From contig JBHGNT010000522.1 of NCBI GenBank assembly GCA_043228905.1, forward strand, positions 1 through 21,723: a stretch of DNA of 21,723 nt. The letters run 5' to 3'. The stretch comes from Azolla caroliniana (Eukaryota; Plantae; Polypodiophyta). Shown here piece after piece: positions 21,184-21,723 of the stretch. The stretch's first letter is position 1; each line of letters opens with the position of its first letter. The translations under genes and the position numbers were made by a program. The notes under the pieces were generated by a model, which ran no database searches, had not been told where the DNA came from, and was given only the letters and a program-made list of their open reading frames with translations.

Positions 21184-21723
21184 TGTTTGGGTAGTTTCGA
21201 GATTAGGTAAGTACACATTTCGAGTTTCAAGTACAAATAAGCATATTTCTAGTAGCTTTCCCCTGTTATTGGTGGCTATGTAATCCTATGATTAGCAACT
21301 AACTTTATGTTGTGACTACCTCCTTGTTACCTTCTTTCCACATCATATTTTGAAAAAAAAAAAACACATAATTGTTAAAGGTGTGTAACGTGTTATGTGA
21401 GTTGGATTTCAATCAAAAGTGAGAGTGTCCCTCAATGTGCAATAGTAGTAAATTTGTTAACATTCATTAAAGCTTTAATCTTCGTTAGAAGTAGCAATTG
21501 CAAACACACTGTTTTAGATGCTCCATCAAGAAAATCACCAGAGAATAAGAAAGATATTGTGGAATCCTATAGAATCCTGGTTGAGGAACTATTTTACCAA
21601 TGGTTTTTGTACTAAATTTAGTATCACATGGCCTTCTATTTGCTACCTTCCATGGATTCTTAATGTGTTGGACTTGTACCCTCGTGTTCACTTGTATATA
21701 ACCAACTTTTTGGAATTTTGTTT

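Overview
Land-plant nuclear DNA; a fern or other non-seed plant is my impression only and cannot be shown from this window. Left to right: (1) a decayed L1-clade LINE retrotransposon on the minus strand (1..~4480; its 3' end runs off the window); (2) AT-rich intergenic DNA with an older LINE trace, a 345-bp hAT-type MITE with an exact 8-bp TSD, several two-copy tandem duplications and a degenerate tRNA-Lys copy fused to a 58-bp LTR-like segment; (3) a spliced dormancy/auxin-repressed (DRM1/ARP family) gene on the plus strand (12402..14536); (4) a 30-bp minisatellite; (5) an initiator tRNA-Met gene with a G50:C64 T-stem pair (minus, 17000..17071); (6) an intronless, catalytically dead Harbinger-derived ALP1-like gene (minus, 18349..19761) with a 3x128-bp tandem array upstream. 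The most interesting signal is in the DRM/ARP gene. It appears to carry exon modules of both seed-plant subfamilies (DRM1-type and DRMH3/4-type) as frame-symmetric internal exons and two candidate terminal exons. Family comparisons rely on recalled sequences, not database searches.
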